The notes under the pieces: model-generated
Told to the model about the DNA's origin: nothing
The model's database searches: none
Seen by the model: only the letters and a program-made list of their open reading frames with translations
Part shown: piece after piece, positions 1-12,759 of the stretch
Numbering within the stretch: the first letter of the stretch is position 1
How the letters are laid out: the number at the start of each line of letters is the position of its first letter
Source: Utricularia gibba
Lineage: Eukaryota > Plantae > Magnoliophyta
Assembly (NCBI GenBank): GCA_002189035.1
Contig: NEEC01000016.1
Coordinates: 1,984,001-2,048,000, forward strand
Direction of reading: 5' to 3'
DNA: 64,000 bases
Position numbers and translations under genes: made by a program

Positions 1-59
1 GCTAGTTAATTTCCCAAAATATTTATTAATGAAAAGCGTCCCTTGGTGACAAAGACCTA

Positions 60-290
60 ATTCATTGTATATTTCACATACATGTACATCATCAAGTTAT
101 GCACAACATTGTTCAAGGGCTTTCTAGATAAGTTCTGCACTGGTCTCATAGAAGAATGTTGGAAGGATAGCTTTATCAATCGAATGGTAAAACCATGACA
201 AAATGAGGTCATTGCAATGCCTCTAGTTATCATAGTTGGGGATTTTTTTCTCTAGTTATGTGATTTGCCTAATAATAAACCCAAGCTTGT
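60..290 (-). mobile_element. Ty1/copia gag remnant
   Basis: The minus strand of about 100-220 reads HCNDLILSWFYHSIDKAILPTFFYETSAELI*KALEQCCA. This resembles the copia gag pattern RCNDMVLSWLLNS..TA.EIW..L and contains a stop. Confidence 0.6.
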
Positions 291-306
291 TGCAAGTTGA
301 GAGCTA

Positions 307-368
307 TAGAGTAAATGACCTTGCTCAAATGAGATAGTTGTCCGTAGAGTAAATGACCTTGCTCAAAT
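307..368 (+). repeat. 24-bp direct duplication (tagagtaaatgaccttgctcaaat, period 38)
   Basis: Identical copies at 307-330 and 345-368. Confidence 0.9.
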
Positions 369-644
369 TTTTTTCAATATTTCCAACCTTAGTTATTTTA
401 CACATATTTTTTTAAAAATGTAGATTTTAATAATTTTCTAATATCCTTTCCTCTCATCTTATCAAATCTGTCACAAAGTTACCGTACAGCAGGCACTTGT
501 CATTTACAGAAGTAAAAAACATGTATTTTGCAAACATTATCACAACATTGGGTATTTTGACAATAACTTTTTTTAAAATATGTATTTTACTCATTTTCTC
601 CTTGCTTTTCCATTGAATCAAACAACCAAAAGAGAACCCATAAA

Positions 645-1890
645 GTTATTGTTGAAATTCGATGATGATATAGCATGTAGAGAGGCTAAGGGGACGAACA
701 TGGAGAGGCTACGAGGAACCCCTCTACTTGGCTATCCACGTGCAAGGAATCGATCGGATCTGAACATAGTGTGCAACTCTTGACAAAGTTGTATCAAGAT
801 CTTGGGCGAACCTCGAGAGTGCTCGTGGGAGAGACCCGCTTGAGCTAAAGGACTCTGTATGATCGAGCAAGCATGCGTACCCAAGGGATGGTGAGTGAAG
901 TGCTGGATGCTAAACGGAGGGTGGTCGCGAGCCCAAGGGTTCGATGAGACATGTGTGGTAAGGATTGGCCCAATGGGGTGTTGGAGAAGGGCCCAAGGGC
1001 CTACAAAGGGTAAGAGGGCCGACTTTTCATATTCTTGGCCCATAAAGTGAAAGTTCGGAAGAGGAAAGAGCTCAAAAGTCCAACAATCAAGGGTGGTGTA
1101 TAAGGGCTTGGCATGGTGGCCGGTTGGGGATTGGAAAATCAGAGAAGTAACACCAACATGCCAAGATACAGAAGGAGAAGGTCACGTTTTGGCAGAAGGG
1201 TAAGGAGCCACATGAAGGTAAGGGGAAGCATGAGCAGGAACGTATGAATAAGGGCCGAAGGGCCTTAAGATGATGATGAGCTCAAAGGGGCGGGGTCGGA
1301 CCCTTGGCAGAGGTATCTCCGACGGCAACCCAACGTGAGTTTGGGGGTAGATCTCGCCATGAGCTCAAAGGGAGCGAGGTTGGGACGAATCACTGTCGCT
1401 GGGATCCCTCCCGATAGTAACGTGATGTTCCATCATGGGATGCACGCTCCCTTGTGACTAACAGGTCCTTATGATATATGTGTTTATGCTCATACGATTA
1501 TATGTGCTGATGTTGTGCTTATAATGATATGTGCCATGCTTATGATGATATGATTATAGTTGGTAGTGTGGTCTACCCTACGCATATGTTGATGCCCTTA
1601 TGAACCTATGTGTAGATGAAGGTTCTGGTCGTGTAGAGACTGGCGGAGAGGCAGAAGTGCTGGCGGAGTGAACTCGGAGCATCAAGGGGATTGGGGAATG
1701 CTGCTACTATGCTTGCCTTTTTCTTTTTGTTTTGATGTTATTTTGTGGATTATGTTGAACAATTTTTCCCATATTTATGAATAAGATATCCCCTGGTAAT
1801 CTCATGTCTATGCGGGTTAAATAAATCAAACCAAAGGTACGCAGGAGACAGGCTACGTTTCTGGGTGGGGTAAGTATGATGATGCTAACA
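645..1890 (+). repeat. 5' LTR (5' end degenerate)
   Basis: Aligns by eye with 4569-5814 from tgttgaaattcgatgatgatatagcatg (650 vs 4591) to gcaggagaca (1850 vs 5765). Exact ends are uncertain. Confidence 0.85.
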
Positions 1891-2119
1891 AGTCATGTGA
1901 TAGGCATTTGGGGATGGTGCAAATAATGAGAACCGAACACCATCAATGGGCAAGGAAGAGCAGAATTCAATTGCAGGAACGTGGAGACCCCACCTAGTGG
2001 GATGGAACAACTGGCAGCAGCTACTATGGCTGCAGTGGATGCACGTACACCCAATGTGGATCAAGGGAAGTTTTATGAGGAAGAAGAGAAAAGCCACCAT
2101 TTACGTCTTAAGAAGAAGT

Positions 2120-4560
2120 CTCATGGGGCGCCCCGATGTTGTTCATGAAGAAGAAGGAGATTATGTGTGGACTACCGAGAGATCAACAAGGTGACGATCA
2201 AGAACAAGTACCCACTACCAAGAATCGATGATCTCTTCGATCAGCTGAAGGGGTGACAGTATTCTCCAAGATTGATTTGCGGTCTGGTTATCATCAGTTG
2301 AAGATAAGAGAGGGTGGCATTCCTAAGACGGCGTTCTAGATGAGATATGGACACTTTGAGTTCATGATGCTACCTTTTGGCCTCACTATCGCCCCTGCAA
2401 CTTTCATGGACTTGATAAACAGGGTCTTCCAACCTTATCTTGATAGCTTTGTGGTTGTCTTCATAGATGGCGTACTGGTATACTCCCCAGATGAAAACAC
2501 CCATGACGAACACCTATGAGTTGTGTTGGAGCAACTCCACAAGAAGAAACTATATGCTAAGACGAGCAAATGTAAGTTTTATTTATCGAGTATTAGCTTC
2601 CTTGGACATGTTATCAGTGGAAAGGCAGTCGAGATGGACACAAAGAAGGTGGAGGTGATGGTGGTGTGGCCGACGGCTAAGAACGCTGGGGATGTACAGA
2701 GTTTTTTGGGTGTTGCTGGCTACTACAGATGGTTTATCAAGTCTTTCTCTCAGAAAGCCCAGCCACTGATGGAGCTGTTACGAAAAGGGAAGATGCTCAC
2801 ATGAACAGATCAGTGCTAGGAGAGCTTCACAAGATTGAAGAAGGAGCTCACACAGCCCCCTGTCCTCATGCTACCCCAGGAAAGTAAGGGGTATGTGGTC
2901 TATACGGATGCTAGTGGTAAAGGCCTTGGGGCGGTATTGATGCAGGATGACAAGGTCATCGCTTATGCCTCTAGAAAATTGAAGGATCACGAGAGGAATT
3001 ACCTAGTGCACAACTTGGTGTTGGCTGAAGTTATCTTTGCTTTGAAGGCATGGCGGCATTACCTTTATGGCATGCCGTGCGAGCTCTATACGGATCACCA
3101 CAGCGTGAAGTACATCTCTACTCAGGGGGAACTATATCTTCATCAATGTAGGTGGCTTGAGCTGATTAAGGACTATGACTTGAAGGTGAATTATCATCCT
3201 GGGAAGGTGAATGTTGTGGTAGATGGCCTATGCCGAAATTCAGGATTTGTGCTCAAAGATGGAACGGATGGGGATAGAGGTTGTATCAGAGGGAATGCTG
3301 GTCACGATCATCCATGCAACGCCTAACCTACTAGCTGAGATCAAGATGGTCCATGGTGAGGATAGTGGACACCAAATACAAGACATGGCATAGATGGGGC
3401 AATCCCGATGTATGAGAGAGTATGGGTACCTGATCTAGAGACGTTGTGAGAGCATATTCTGAGGGAGGCGCATGAATCGGAGTGCACTATGCACCCCGAG
3501 AACACCAAGATGTATCATGAACTAAAGAGGAGCTTTTGATAGCCAGGGATGAAGCAAAGTATTGCCTCATTTGTGGGCAAGTATCAAGTCTACCAGCGCA
3601 CCAAGGCAAAACACCAAAGGCTAGGCGAGCTACTATAGCCCCTGAGTATTCGTGAGTGAAAGTGGGAGATGATCACCATGAACTTTGTGACAGGGTTACC
3701 TCGGACTCGCATGGGGAAGGATGCGATTTGGGTTGTGGTAGATTGCCTCACGAAGAGTGCTCACTTTCTGTTGATTCATTCCAAGTGAAGCATCAGCCAT
3801 CTCGTTCGAGAGTACATGATGGAGATAGTATGATTGCACGGGGTGCTAGAGAGCATTGTTTCTAACCATGATATCAGGTTCACCTCTAGGTTGTGGCAGG
3901 CTATCCAGGAAGCATTGGGCAGCAAGCTTAACATGAGCACCACGATGCACCCCCAGACGGATGGGCAATCAGAAAGGACGATCCAAATAGTAGAGGATCT
4001 ATTATGGGCTTGCACCTTGGAGTGCCAAGGAGATTGAGACGAGCACATCAACTTTGTGGAGTTTTCATATAACAATGGATACCAATCAAGTTTGAGAATG
4101 TCTCCATACGAAGCCTTGTATGAAGGAAATTTAGGACCCCTCTACACTAGGATGAGGTGGGGGAACAGCACTATTGGGACCTGAGTTGGTCTAGGACGCA
4201 GAATAGAAGGTAAGGGTGATCAAAGAGAGACTTAAGGTCGCATAGGACAAACATAAGAGTTGGGCCGACATCAAGCGGAGACCGATGGACTTGGAGGTGG
4301 GAGATAGGGTCTACCTGCAGCTATCACCTCAGTAAGGACTCATGAGAAGTGCGAAGTTTGGAAAGATAGGACCCTGATTCATTGGACCATATGCGATAAT
4401 AGAACGCATTGGAAACCTGACATATAAGCTGGCCTTACTGAAAGGGTTGTCGGGGATGCATAATGTTTTTCATGTATTGCAGCTAAGGAAGTAAATACCA
4501 GACGCAGGGCGTTAGATAGGGGGGATGAGTTCGGGATTGCAGACAACCTCACCTATCGAG
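2120..4560 (+). pseudogene. gypsy pol remnant (RT-RNaseH-integrase, start of chromodomain region)
   Basis: Contains [27 protein letters not shown] (~2170-2250), [28 protein letters not shown] and TTMHPQTDGQSERTIQ. Many stops and frameshifts. Confidence 0.95.
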
Positions 4561-4568
4561 TACGCCCA

Positions 4569-5814
4569 TGTCATGACCCAAGTAGGACTATGTTGAAATT
4601 CGATGATGATATAGCATGCAGAGAGGCTACAGGGAACCCTCTGCTTGGCTATCCATGCACAAGGAATCGGTCGGATTCGAACATGGCGTGCAACTCTTGA
4701 CAGAGGTGTACTGGGCTCTTGAGCGAACCTCGAGAGTGCTCGAGGGAGAGACCACTTGAGTTGATGGGACTCTGTATGATCGAGCAAGCATGCATGCCCA
4801 AGGGATGGTGAGTGACGTGTTGGATGCTAGGTGAAGTGTGGTCACGAGCCCAAGGGTTGGATGAGACATGTTTGGTAAGAATTGGCCCAATGAGGTGTTG
4901 GAGAAGGGCCCAAGGACCTAAGAAGGGTAAGAGGGTCGACTTTTCATATTCTAGGCCCGTAAGGTGAAAGATTGGAAGAGAAAAGTGCTCAGAAGCCCAA
5001 CAGTCAAGGGTGGTATATAAGAGCTTAGCATGGTGGCAAGTTGGGAATTGGAAAATCAGAGAAGTAGTGCCACCATGCCAAGATACGAAAGGAGAAGGTC
5101 ACGTTTTGGCAGAAGGTTAAGGAGCCACACGAAGGTAAGGGGAAGCATGAGCAGGAACGTATGAATAAGGATTAAAGGGCCTTAAGATGATGAGCCCGAA
5201 GGGGTGGGGTCAGACCCTTGACTGAGGTATCTCCAATGGCAACCCAACGTGAGTTTAGGGGTAGATCTCGCCATGAGCTTCAAAGGGAGTGGCGTTGGGA
5301 TGGATCAACATGGCTAGGATCCCTCCCGACGGTAATGTGATGTGCCATCACGGGATGCACGCTCCCTTGTGACCAACGGGTCCTTATGATATATGTGTTT
5401 ATGCTCTTACGATGATATGTGCTGATGTTGTGCTTATAATGATATGTGTCATGCTTATGATGATATGATTATGGTTGGTAGTGTGGTCTACCCTATGCAT
5501 ATTTTGATCCCCTTATGAACCTATGTGTAAATGAAAGTTCTAGTCGTGCGGAGATTGGTGGAGAGGCGGAAGGGCTAGCGGAGTGAACTCGGAGGATCAA
5601 GGGAATTGGGGAATGCTGCTGCTATGCTCATCTTTTTCTTTTTATGTTGATGTGATTTTGTAGATTATGTTGAACAGTTTTTCGTATATTTATGAATAAG
5701 ATATTCAATGATAATCTCATGTCTATGCGAGTTAAACGTATCAAACCAAGGCCACGCAGGAGACATGGTTTTTGGATGGGGTAATGACCATGGTTGCCAA
5801 ACCTTGTAGTTACA
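4569..5814 (+). repeat. 3' LTR
   Basis: Begins TGTCATGACCC and ends GTAGTTACA (TG..CA termini). Direct repeat of the upstream LTR. Confidence 0.85.
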
Positions 5815-6393
5815 ATAAAGATGGAAGAAGGATAGTGAGAGAGGTGGAAAAGATGCGGTTTGAAACCCTTCCTTCTTTTTAGAGAGAAAATCAATACTTT
5901 AATTCATTCAAAGGAGAGGACTATTACATGGTGTTCTTAACAAAGCTAGGTACGCATTATACCCATGATTCTTAGTAATTTTCGCATGCCTCCTCTTCAC
6001 TCTTCTTTGTTCCAGCTTTAGCATCGCCTCCTAACAACGACACTCTCACCGCAGAGGAAACTCAATTTGTTTGGCTTGAGATTTGTACAGGAAAAAGAAA
6101 AGGCAGACCACTATGCTGCCGTCGAACTCCTTTTTTGTCCAACAAAAAATGTCTAAGCACACTAACTCAAACAGCGAATGAGCAACTCATTCCTTTCCCC
6201 ACCTGGTATCATCTTACGCGTAGAATCTTTTTTAACGAAAATCAAATAACTGATTCCGGAAGATATCTGTGAATTAACATTACATTCACTGGTTGACACC
6301 TCGGCTCTAAAAGAGAAAAAGGGGGAATCTGCTTGCACTGAGTTCTTGCTGAGATGCCAACAACGCTTGAAATCCCTCGGTTAAAAATGCCAT

Positions 6394-7702
6394 TTAGATT
6401 CTTGGAGCTGCGCCATAGAGATTATCAAGAGACCTGGGAAGGATTACTAAAGGGAATACAGAGAGGAGCTTTATGTTTACCTCCACCTAGAGTGGCCTCG
6501 GGTAGCCGCTCAATGGAATACCGGTGCCTGGTGATATACATGATGGGCACACCGGGAATCTAAACGGAAACACATCCAATAAGACCATTTTAAATAGAAA
6601 GTTTCATTTCAGGGTCAATGCAAATTGATGATACCTTGCGAATTCTCCGCTTTAGATCTCTATCGCAGGTTGCAACTATGTAGCACTTGTGCTGTTTCAT
6701 AATTCATGGAATCTATTGATTAGTTGCACTACAATCAGAGGTTATGGTAGAGAGTCATACCTGTGTTACCCTATCAACAAGGCAATCATCCGCATAGGTA
6801 CCATTGTGAGTGCAGGGGAGCCTCTCAAAGCGAGGATCCTTTGCAATCCTGTCAACACGAAGAAACAAATGTGAAGTACACATGGCAGCATGCAAAGTAC
6901 GGCACCGTAAACAATTTTTCAGATCATCATGTTGCACAAATGTGAAGCGAAAAATTCGGGAATAAGGAAAAGCATACCTAAGAGCAACTCGATACTTCTG
7001 GCCCAACTTCTCAAGCTCTGCCATAACACAATCCGTGATACAAGGAGTGCCTAGATACGCAAAATAATAGGTCTGTGCTGAGAGTCCAGAGTCTTGAAGG
7101 CAAAACAAACATGTACATGGTGGCAATGAAACTCACATTTTGCATACAAGCAATCCATCATTCCCTTCTCCAAGTCCAACTGCATGATATTTTGCCAACA
7201 CAGCGTTCGCGAATTTAAAGTGAACACAAATAGAAGAGAGGGCTTTTCAGTGAAAAAGAAGAGCAACAAACGCAGCAAGACACACCTTATTCTGAATGGA
7301 GAAATTGATGAAGTTAGTATCAACCAGAACACGGTAAGGAGGTCCCAACGCAGTGTTGTATTGGAAATAGAGAGCAGAGGAGACCTGCGGCCTGTATAAA
7401 AAGATTCGGAACAAGATAACTTGTTAGCAGAAACAGCGAAACAAAACCCTTGTTTCCTCACTTTAGAAAAGGTAACACAGAGGGGGAACAAAGGAGTTAC
7501 ACGTTTCTGGGAAGCTTCTCCTTGCTTAAATCCTTCTTGTTAGGGTTCAAGATCTCCTCTTTATACCTGAAACAGAATCTTGAGTTGAGAAAAACTCAAG
7601 CCTTCACCCGAATCAAACCGGAAAATCTTACTGCTTGATTTCTTTTCGCGAAACCGTCTTCTTCATGACGGCAAATTTGGGGGTTTTCTTCGCCCTGCCC
7701 AT
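6394..7702 (-). CDS. FCF1: rRNA-processing PIN-domain nuclease FCF1/UTP24, 9 exons, 198 aa
   Basis: Exons 7702-7632, 7566-7501, 7391-7286, 7179-7137, 7050-6978, 6848-6761, 6691-6635, 6559-6481 and 6407-6394 total 597 nt, all GT-AG. Protein: [15 protein letters not shown]...[19 protein letters not shown]...[26 protein letters not shown]...GGAPRI*. Confidence 0.97.
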
Positions 7703-8572
7703 CTCCTGGATATCTTGAAAATTCAGAAAACTAGAGAAGCGATCAGCGGTTCCTTTTGCCCCTCCGTTTAACGTAATTTCCTACAACCGATCACGCTACC
7801 GCCGTCGGGAAGACGCCGGTGGCATCTGAACCTACCTGATTCCAAGGCACAAGTGTAGGCCGGTGTATTCACCTTAACCCAGTTATCGGCCCAATTACAA
7901 CGTGAGTCAATACGGCGTGGCGACAGTCGATGCAGGCCCGGACCAATAAAGTTGACTAACTGGCCCTCCAAGACTTGAATATTTCTGTTCCCAGCCCCAG
8001 CAAAATATATCTTCCAGTTCCAGTCTTGAATATAAAGTGGCTGGCTATTCAGTACTTATGCAGAATAATCAAGCCGAAATTCGGGATTAAAATTATTTTT
8101 GCGGTGCAGAAATGACGTCTCTTTTGAACGCTGATACTTGCAGGTGTGTTCTTTTTCTTGTGTGGTTCAGGTGTAGGGGTCCTCCCTCCCCCACGTCCCA
8201 ATCCTTATCATCAGATCAGCCCCCACAGTCGCTGACGTGCTTCATCATCATTCACTCTGGCTTTGCCTTTCTCATTCACCACCACATCAGTGATCAGACT
8301 CGCCAAGCTGAGCTGAGCTGAGGAGGCCCTTCACAAGTCAGACTGCGCGGCGGGGACTGTTTGTCCTTGGAATTCATTTCATTTCATTTCATTTTTCAGT
8401 GTGAAAATAATGCCTTGCATAGTTTCAGTATGATCTACTGGGAAGGATATGGATCAGGAGTACAGGTTGCACACACAATTGCCATCGGATTCCAAGTCAT
8501 TTCTGCCGCACAAACTGAAGGGGCTGCGCTGGGCTGGGCTTCTTGTGTTATTTTTTGCAAGCATAGATGTGT

Positions 8573-9382
8573 TCAACATATCACACAGGAGTTGGGGTTC
8601 TCCTCCATGCTGTGGTTGACGTAGAAATAGTACGGCTTTTGCATCTGCATCTGCATCTGCATCTGCATTGGGTGGTAGTAAGGCCTGTACGGAAACGCTG
8701 TACCCAGCACCATCTCTGGTTCCACGTGGCCCTTCTTCTCTTCGCCTTCCTTCTTCCCTTCGCCTTCCTTCTTTCCTTCGCCTTCCTTCTTCTCCTCTTC
8801 TTTCTTGCCTTCACCTTCCTTTTTCCCTTCTTCTTTCTTCTCTTCCCCTTGCCTTCCTCCTTTTTCCCTTCTTCCTTCTTGGGCTCTTCCTTCTTTGGCT
8901 CCTCTTTTGGACCGCACGAGATGATCCCTACGATCCATTCCTTCTTGCGGAGTTTGCTGACGACAGCAACTGGATCAACGGTTCCCATTATGGTCAACTT
9001 TTTTCCCTTGAGATCAATGGCGATCTCATCAATCCCTTCATCAAAAAACAGCGTTTTAGTCCCGATTGATCCAAGGCAGGAGGATTTCAGTGGTATAGAC
9101 GGTGACATGAGTTTTGCTTACCTGAGAGAGTGGAAACTGTCTTTAGAGCCTTTCTTTGAAGCTCTCTGTCATCTTGCAGATCCAATTTCAGCACAAGCTT
9201 CTGCGCCATCAGAAAGCGAAGAATCAAGTTAGGTATCAGGGGACAAGCAAACAATGAAGGCATGAACGAATCTCGCCCGATGATAGCGACCCATTACCAG
9301 AAAAACTGGCAACGCGAGAGAGAAGAAAAACTAGGAAACTAATAAGCAAAAACAAGAAAAGGGTTTCGATTCGAACCTTCAT
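8573..9382 (-). CDS. Heavy-metal-associated isoprenylated plant protein, HIPP39-like (no CxxC); one frameshift as assembled
   Basis: Exons 9382-9377 (MK), 9200-9122 ([26 protein letters not shown]) and 9035-8573 ([31 protein letters not shown]...KE-rich repeat...[10 protein letters not shown]). Ends in a CaaX-type motif. The frame changes at the C4 run 8845-8848. Confidence 0.9.
8640..8668 (+). repeat. (TGCATC)n hexamer microsatellite encoding a MQ repeat in HIPP
   Basis: Four full tgcatc units plus tgcat. Confidence 0.95.
8725..8900 (-). repeat. Imperfect purine-rich coding repeat ([12 protein letters not shown] units)
   Basis: Repeated ccttcgccttccttcttt-type 18-mers on the plus strand. 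Confidence 0.9.
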
Positions 9383-10105
9383 CTATCAACTATGCTTCAG
9401 CTCCAAGGAGATTGTTCTCTGAAACAGAGGGAGGGAGAGAGAGAGTGGAAGTCTACGTTAAAAAAAAAAAACAAGCTGAAGTAGCCCACGAGGCCATTAT
9501 ATAAAAGCAAGTGAAATAAGAAAAAAGCAGACGATATAATAAAAAACAATTTCCCATTGGAATTCTGAGAATAAAACAAAGAATGCCGACTGTGAAAGAG
9601 AAGAAGAGATGAGAGAGGGGAGTTTCATGCGCACCTCTCCTCCTGCGCCTGTTTGGGACATAATGAATTCATCCCTCCCTCCCTACGTCACCAAAGATGC
9701 AGAAATCAATCATTTACCATAAATTTTAAGTATATTTTGCTCCATTGTTTTTGACGTGATTGATTAATGAAGTTTTAGACAAGCCGCGGCGGCTATGAAG
9801 AGGACGATGCACATGTGGGCACACCAAAGAGGAGAATGAAAAGCAGTGTACGTTTCTGTGTCTCAATTCTCAACCCCCCGGGTGCATGGTTTTCCAATAC
9901 TACTGCTGACTCCTCGCTTTGCGTTTTCCTATACTTAGTCGCCCCCCACTTGCACTCATGATTCTATTCCAATAAATGTCCATATTTAGAATAAATCCGA
10001 CAATAATGATACAAAATTAAATATGGCGATGTAGATTATATATCATCATATCATGCGGCGAGGCGAGGGAGGCCCCTACCCCCAACACCCCCACGGACCC
10101 CCGAC

Positions 10106-10139
10106 AAATAATAATAATAATAATAAATAATAAATAAAA
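10106..10139 (+). repeat. (AAT)n microsatellite
   Basis: aaataataataataataataaataataaataaaa. Confidence 0.9.
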
Positions 10140-11849
10140 ATCCCATTGCATTCCATCTAGAAACGAGATACAGATATACATACATACCAACCATTCGGCG
10201 TACCTTATTAATTGATTAATATATTTTTATTCGATAATTTTAGACCACATTATGGAGGATTGGATTTGGGTGATTTGATTCTGGATCTCCACGCTGGGCC
10301 CTACATTCCCTTCCCTGCTACTCTAATATGATTAATTATCCCATTAAACACACATAATAAATATTCTTTAGAAAAATAGAAATGCTTGTTCCGGCAAATG
10401 GTGAGATGACGTCCGAAAAATCAAATATTTAAATTAATTTTAGAAAAAATCATTTTAGAATTGATTTTAATAGAATTAAAAATTTTGATAAAATAAAAAT
10501 TAATGTATATTTGAAATTTTTTTTATAATGATTATTACAAAAAGAATTAATGTTTGAAATATAAAAAATAAAAAAATAATTTCAATAATCATATGATATA
10601 TGTATTAATTATAATAATTTTATAAATTAATTGATAAATAATTTTGTGTTGTTCTAAAACATGTTTTTTCATTATTTCTGAAAATTATTTCTACATATTC
10701 TACACTTTATTTTATCATTATTTTCAATTAATTTTATATCTTTGATACTAACTTAATATTTTTGAAAAGAAATTATATTTTTTGAATTTTTAAAATATTT
10801 TTCAAGTCAATTAGATAAAAAAATCAAGTCCTAAAAATTTATGAATTTGTTAGGACACAAATCTCAGCTTAAGACCAGATCAATAATGAAGATTTGATCT
10901 AAAATTTGTAGATAATATAAAGATTTGAAAACAATTTTGAAAGATTTAAATAAAATAATTTATTTAAACCCAACTCAACATAAGATTCAGATCTTATATC
11001 CTAAAAATATCTTATTTTCTTAACTATTACAAAGAGTCTTTGACCACTATTACTTTCTATTTTCCCTATTTTTGTGATTATTTTTATGTTATAGTCTAAT
11101 ATGCATATATAGATGCTTATGGCCAAAGATCTACAATGAAATCTTGCTTATGTAAGTCTTCACATGTGTGATTCTTTTAATATGTTCTTTGATAATTAAT
11201 TTAAGATTTAATTTTCTTTTTTACAATATTTTCTTTATCAATAGAACCCTTAAGACTCATTTGGTATGGTATATAGTATTAGAGTGTTTTTAAAAACTAA
11301 GGAAAAAAAACCTTCAAATGGTTGGATTTAGTTAGTTTGATATGATGTTTTATTTTACAAAGTATAATGAAATGTATGCTTGGTTGATTATGTTAAAATA
11401 TTGATTTTAATGATATTTTACCATTGTATCCTTATTAATCAATATAATCTATTCTCCCCAAATAGCATCTTAAAAAGCCTCATGTTCCTTTGATATCGCT
11501 CCTGGTTTCTTCCATTCCCCCTCCCTAGATCGGTGCTATAAAAGTGCTCCCCAAAACGTTATTCAAGTTGGATTTCATAGCAATAAAACTACTCAAGTTC
11601 TTTAAGCTTCAAGTCCCAACCTTTCAAGCACAAAATATTTTTGATTTTCTAACCACATTTCGTTTTAATGGGCTTTTATTGTATTATGGATGAGTTTTCA
11701 TAATTTGTGATATTTCTTGTTCTCTAACAAACCTTTTTTTCATGGTTCATTTGGTTGTGCGTATTTCTTGTCCTTTTGCTAAAGTAAGACAAGCAAAATC
11801 AGAAACGTAAAAAATGAAAGTACTTCATGATTGGTAGAATGAATATGTA

Positions 11850-12750
11850 GTCTTTGCATTTTAAGCATCTTATCAGTTATAGTGATCTTAATTGTTTGGA
11901 TAATTTGTAAATGACTAGAAATGTCTTTGTTAGTGCACTTTGTTGGAAAATACTAGTGATTTAATAAATTCAAAGCATATGTCTATACTTGAAAAAGTAT
12001 CTATTTTTTTGGGAGTTTTATCTCATCATAAGAAAGTATGTATTTAATCTCACAATTTCATTCAATCACACATCATATATAAATGCTTTCATGAGGTTTT
12101 AACGATTATAATAAAGCTATATTATATCCTACTCATGAAACCTACAGCAGTGACAACAAATTTTGAAGAAACTCATTAGAAATACTTTTTCATGAGCATC
12201 CACGTGTTTTTATTTGAATTATGTGTGGTTCTACGTTTTTTTCTTCATGGTAGGAATGTATTGGAACTTTGGATGAGATATAAATTCAGCCAAAAGTGCA
12301 TGATGAACAAGGTCGATATCATAGTAGAGAGTGATACAATTGTTTAAACATATTTTGTGTGCGTGATATAAAAATGAGATTTGTATATGTGTTATCTAGA
12401 TGGAAAGAGTCAACCATAGATAATAGAGTTTTACAAGGAACAATTGATTTTGTGTTCTCCGAAGTATATTTTTGTTCATTGTTATTGTATGAAGTTTTCT
12501 AGCTCAGCAAGATCAAAATAGATTTCCTTAATTTTTCAATTGGTTTGCTAAATTGTTTTAAGAAGTTATTATTTATGTGATACTGATTATATGAATTGTG
12601 AAAGATTTCTTATACCATATCATAGAATTCGATATCACTTGAAAGAATGTGTTAATAGTAATTTAGCATCCCAAAATCCAAGAGAATTATTAAAACAATA
12701 AACATAATTGAGAGAGCTTTTGAGTTATTGAAAATACATTGAAAGATTCT
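11850..12750 (+). mobile_element. PIF/Harbinger transposase remnant
   Basis: Degenerate motifs across shifting frames: CDIKMRFVYVLSRWKEST.DNRVL (~12360-12435), YLCDTDY...FLIPYHRIRYHLKE (~12570-12650) and IIERAFELLK (~12705-12735). These match the recalled Harbinger DDE motifs. Confidence 0.75.
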
Positions 12751-12759
12751 ACATATTTG

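Larger units (their letters stand above)
645..5814 (+). mobile_element. Degenerate Ty3/gypsy (chromovirus, Tekay/Del-like) LTR retrotransposon
   Basis: Two ~1.2-kb direct repeats flank RT, RNaseH and integrase remnants. Candidate target-site duplication ATAAA at 640-644 and 5815-5819. Confidence 0.9.

Noticed and set aside
5880-6390. Initially suspected organellar insertion
   Set aside because: It lies directly downstream of the FCF1 stop, and no plastid or mitochondrial gene was recognisable.
8130-8180. Plus-strand splice-like signals (gcag|gtgtg...ttcag|gt) suggesting a lncRNA divergent from FCF1
   Set aside because: The implied intron is only about 27 nt, and there is no other support.
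8567-9232. Long plus-strand ORFs (221 aa and 133 aa) rich in F, L and S
   Set aside because: They are antisense shadows of the purine-rich HIPP repeat, which lacks stops on the opposite strand.
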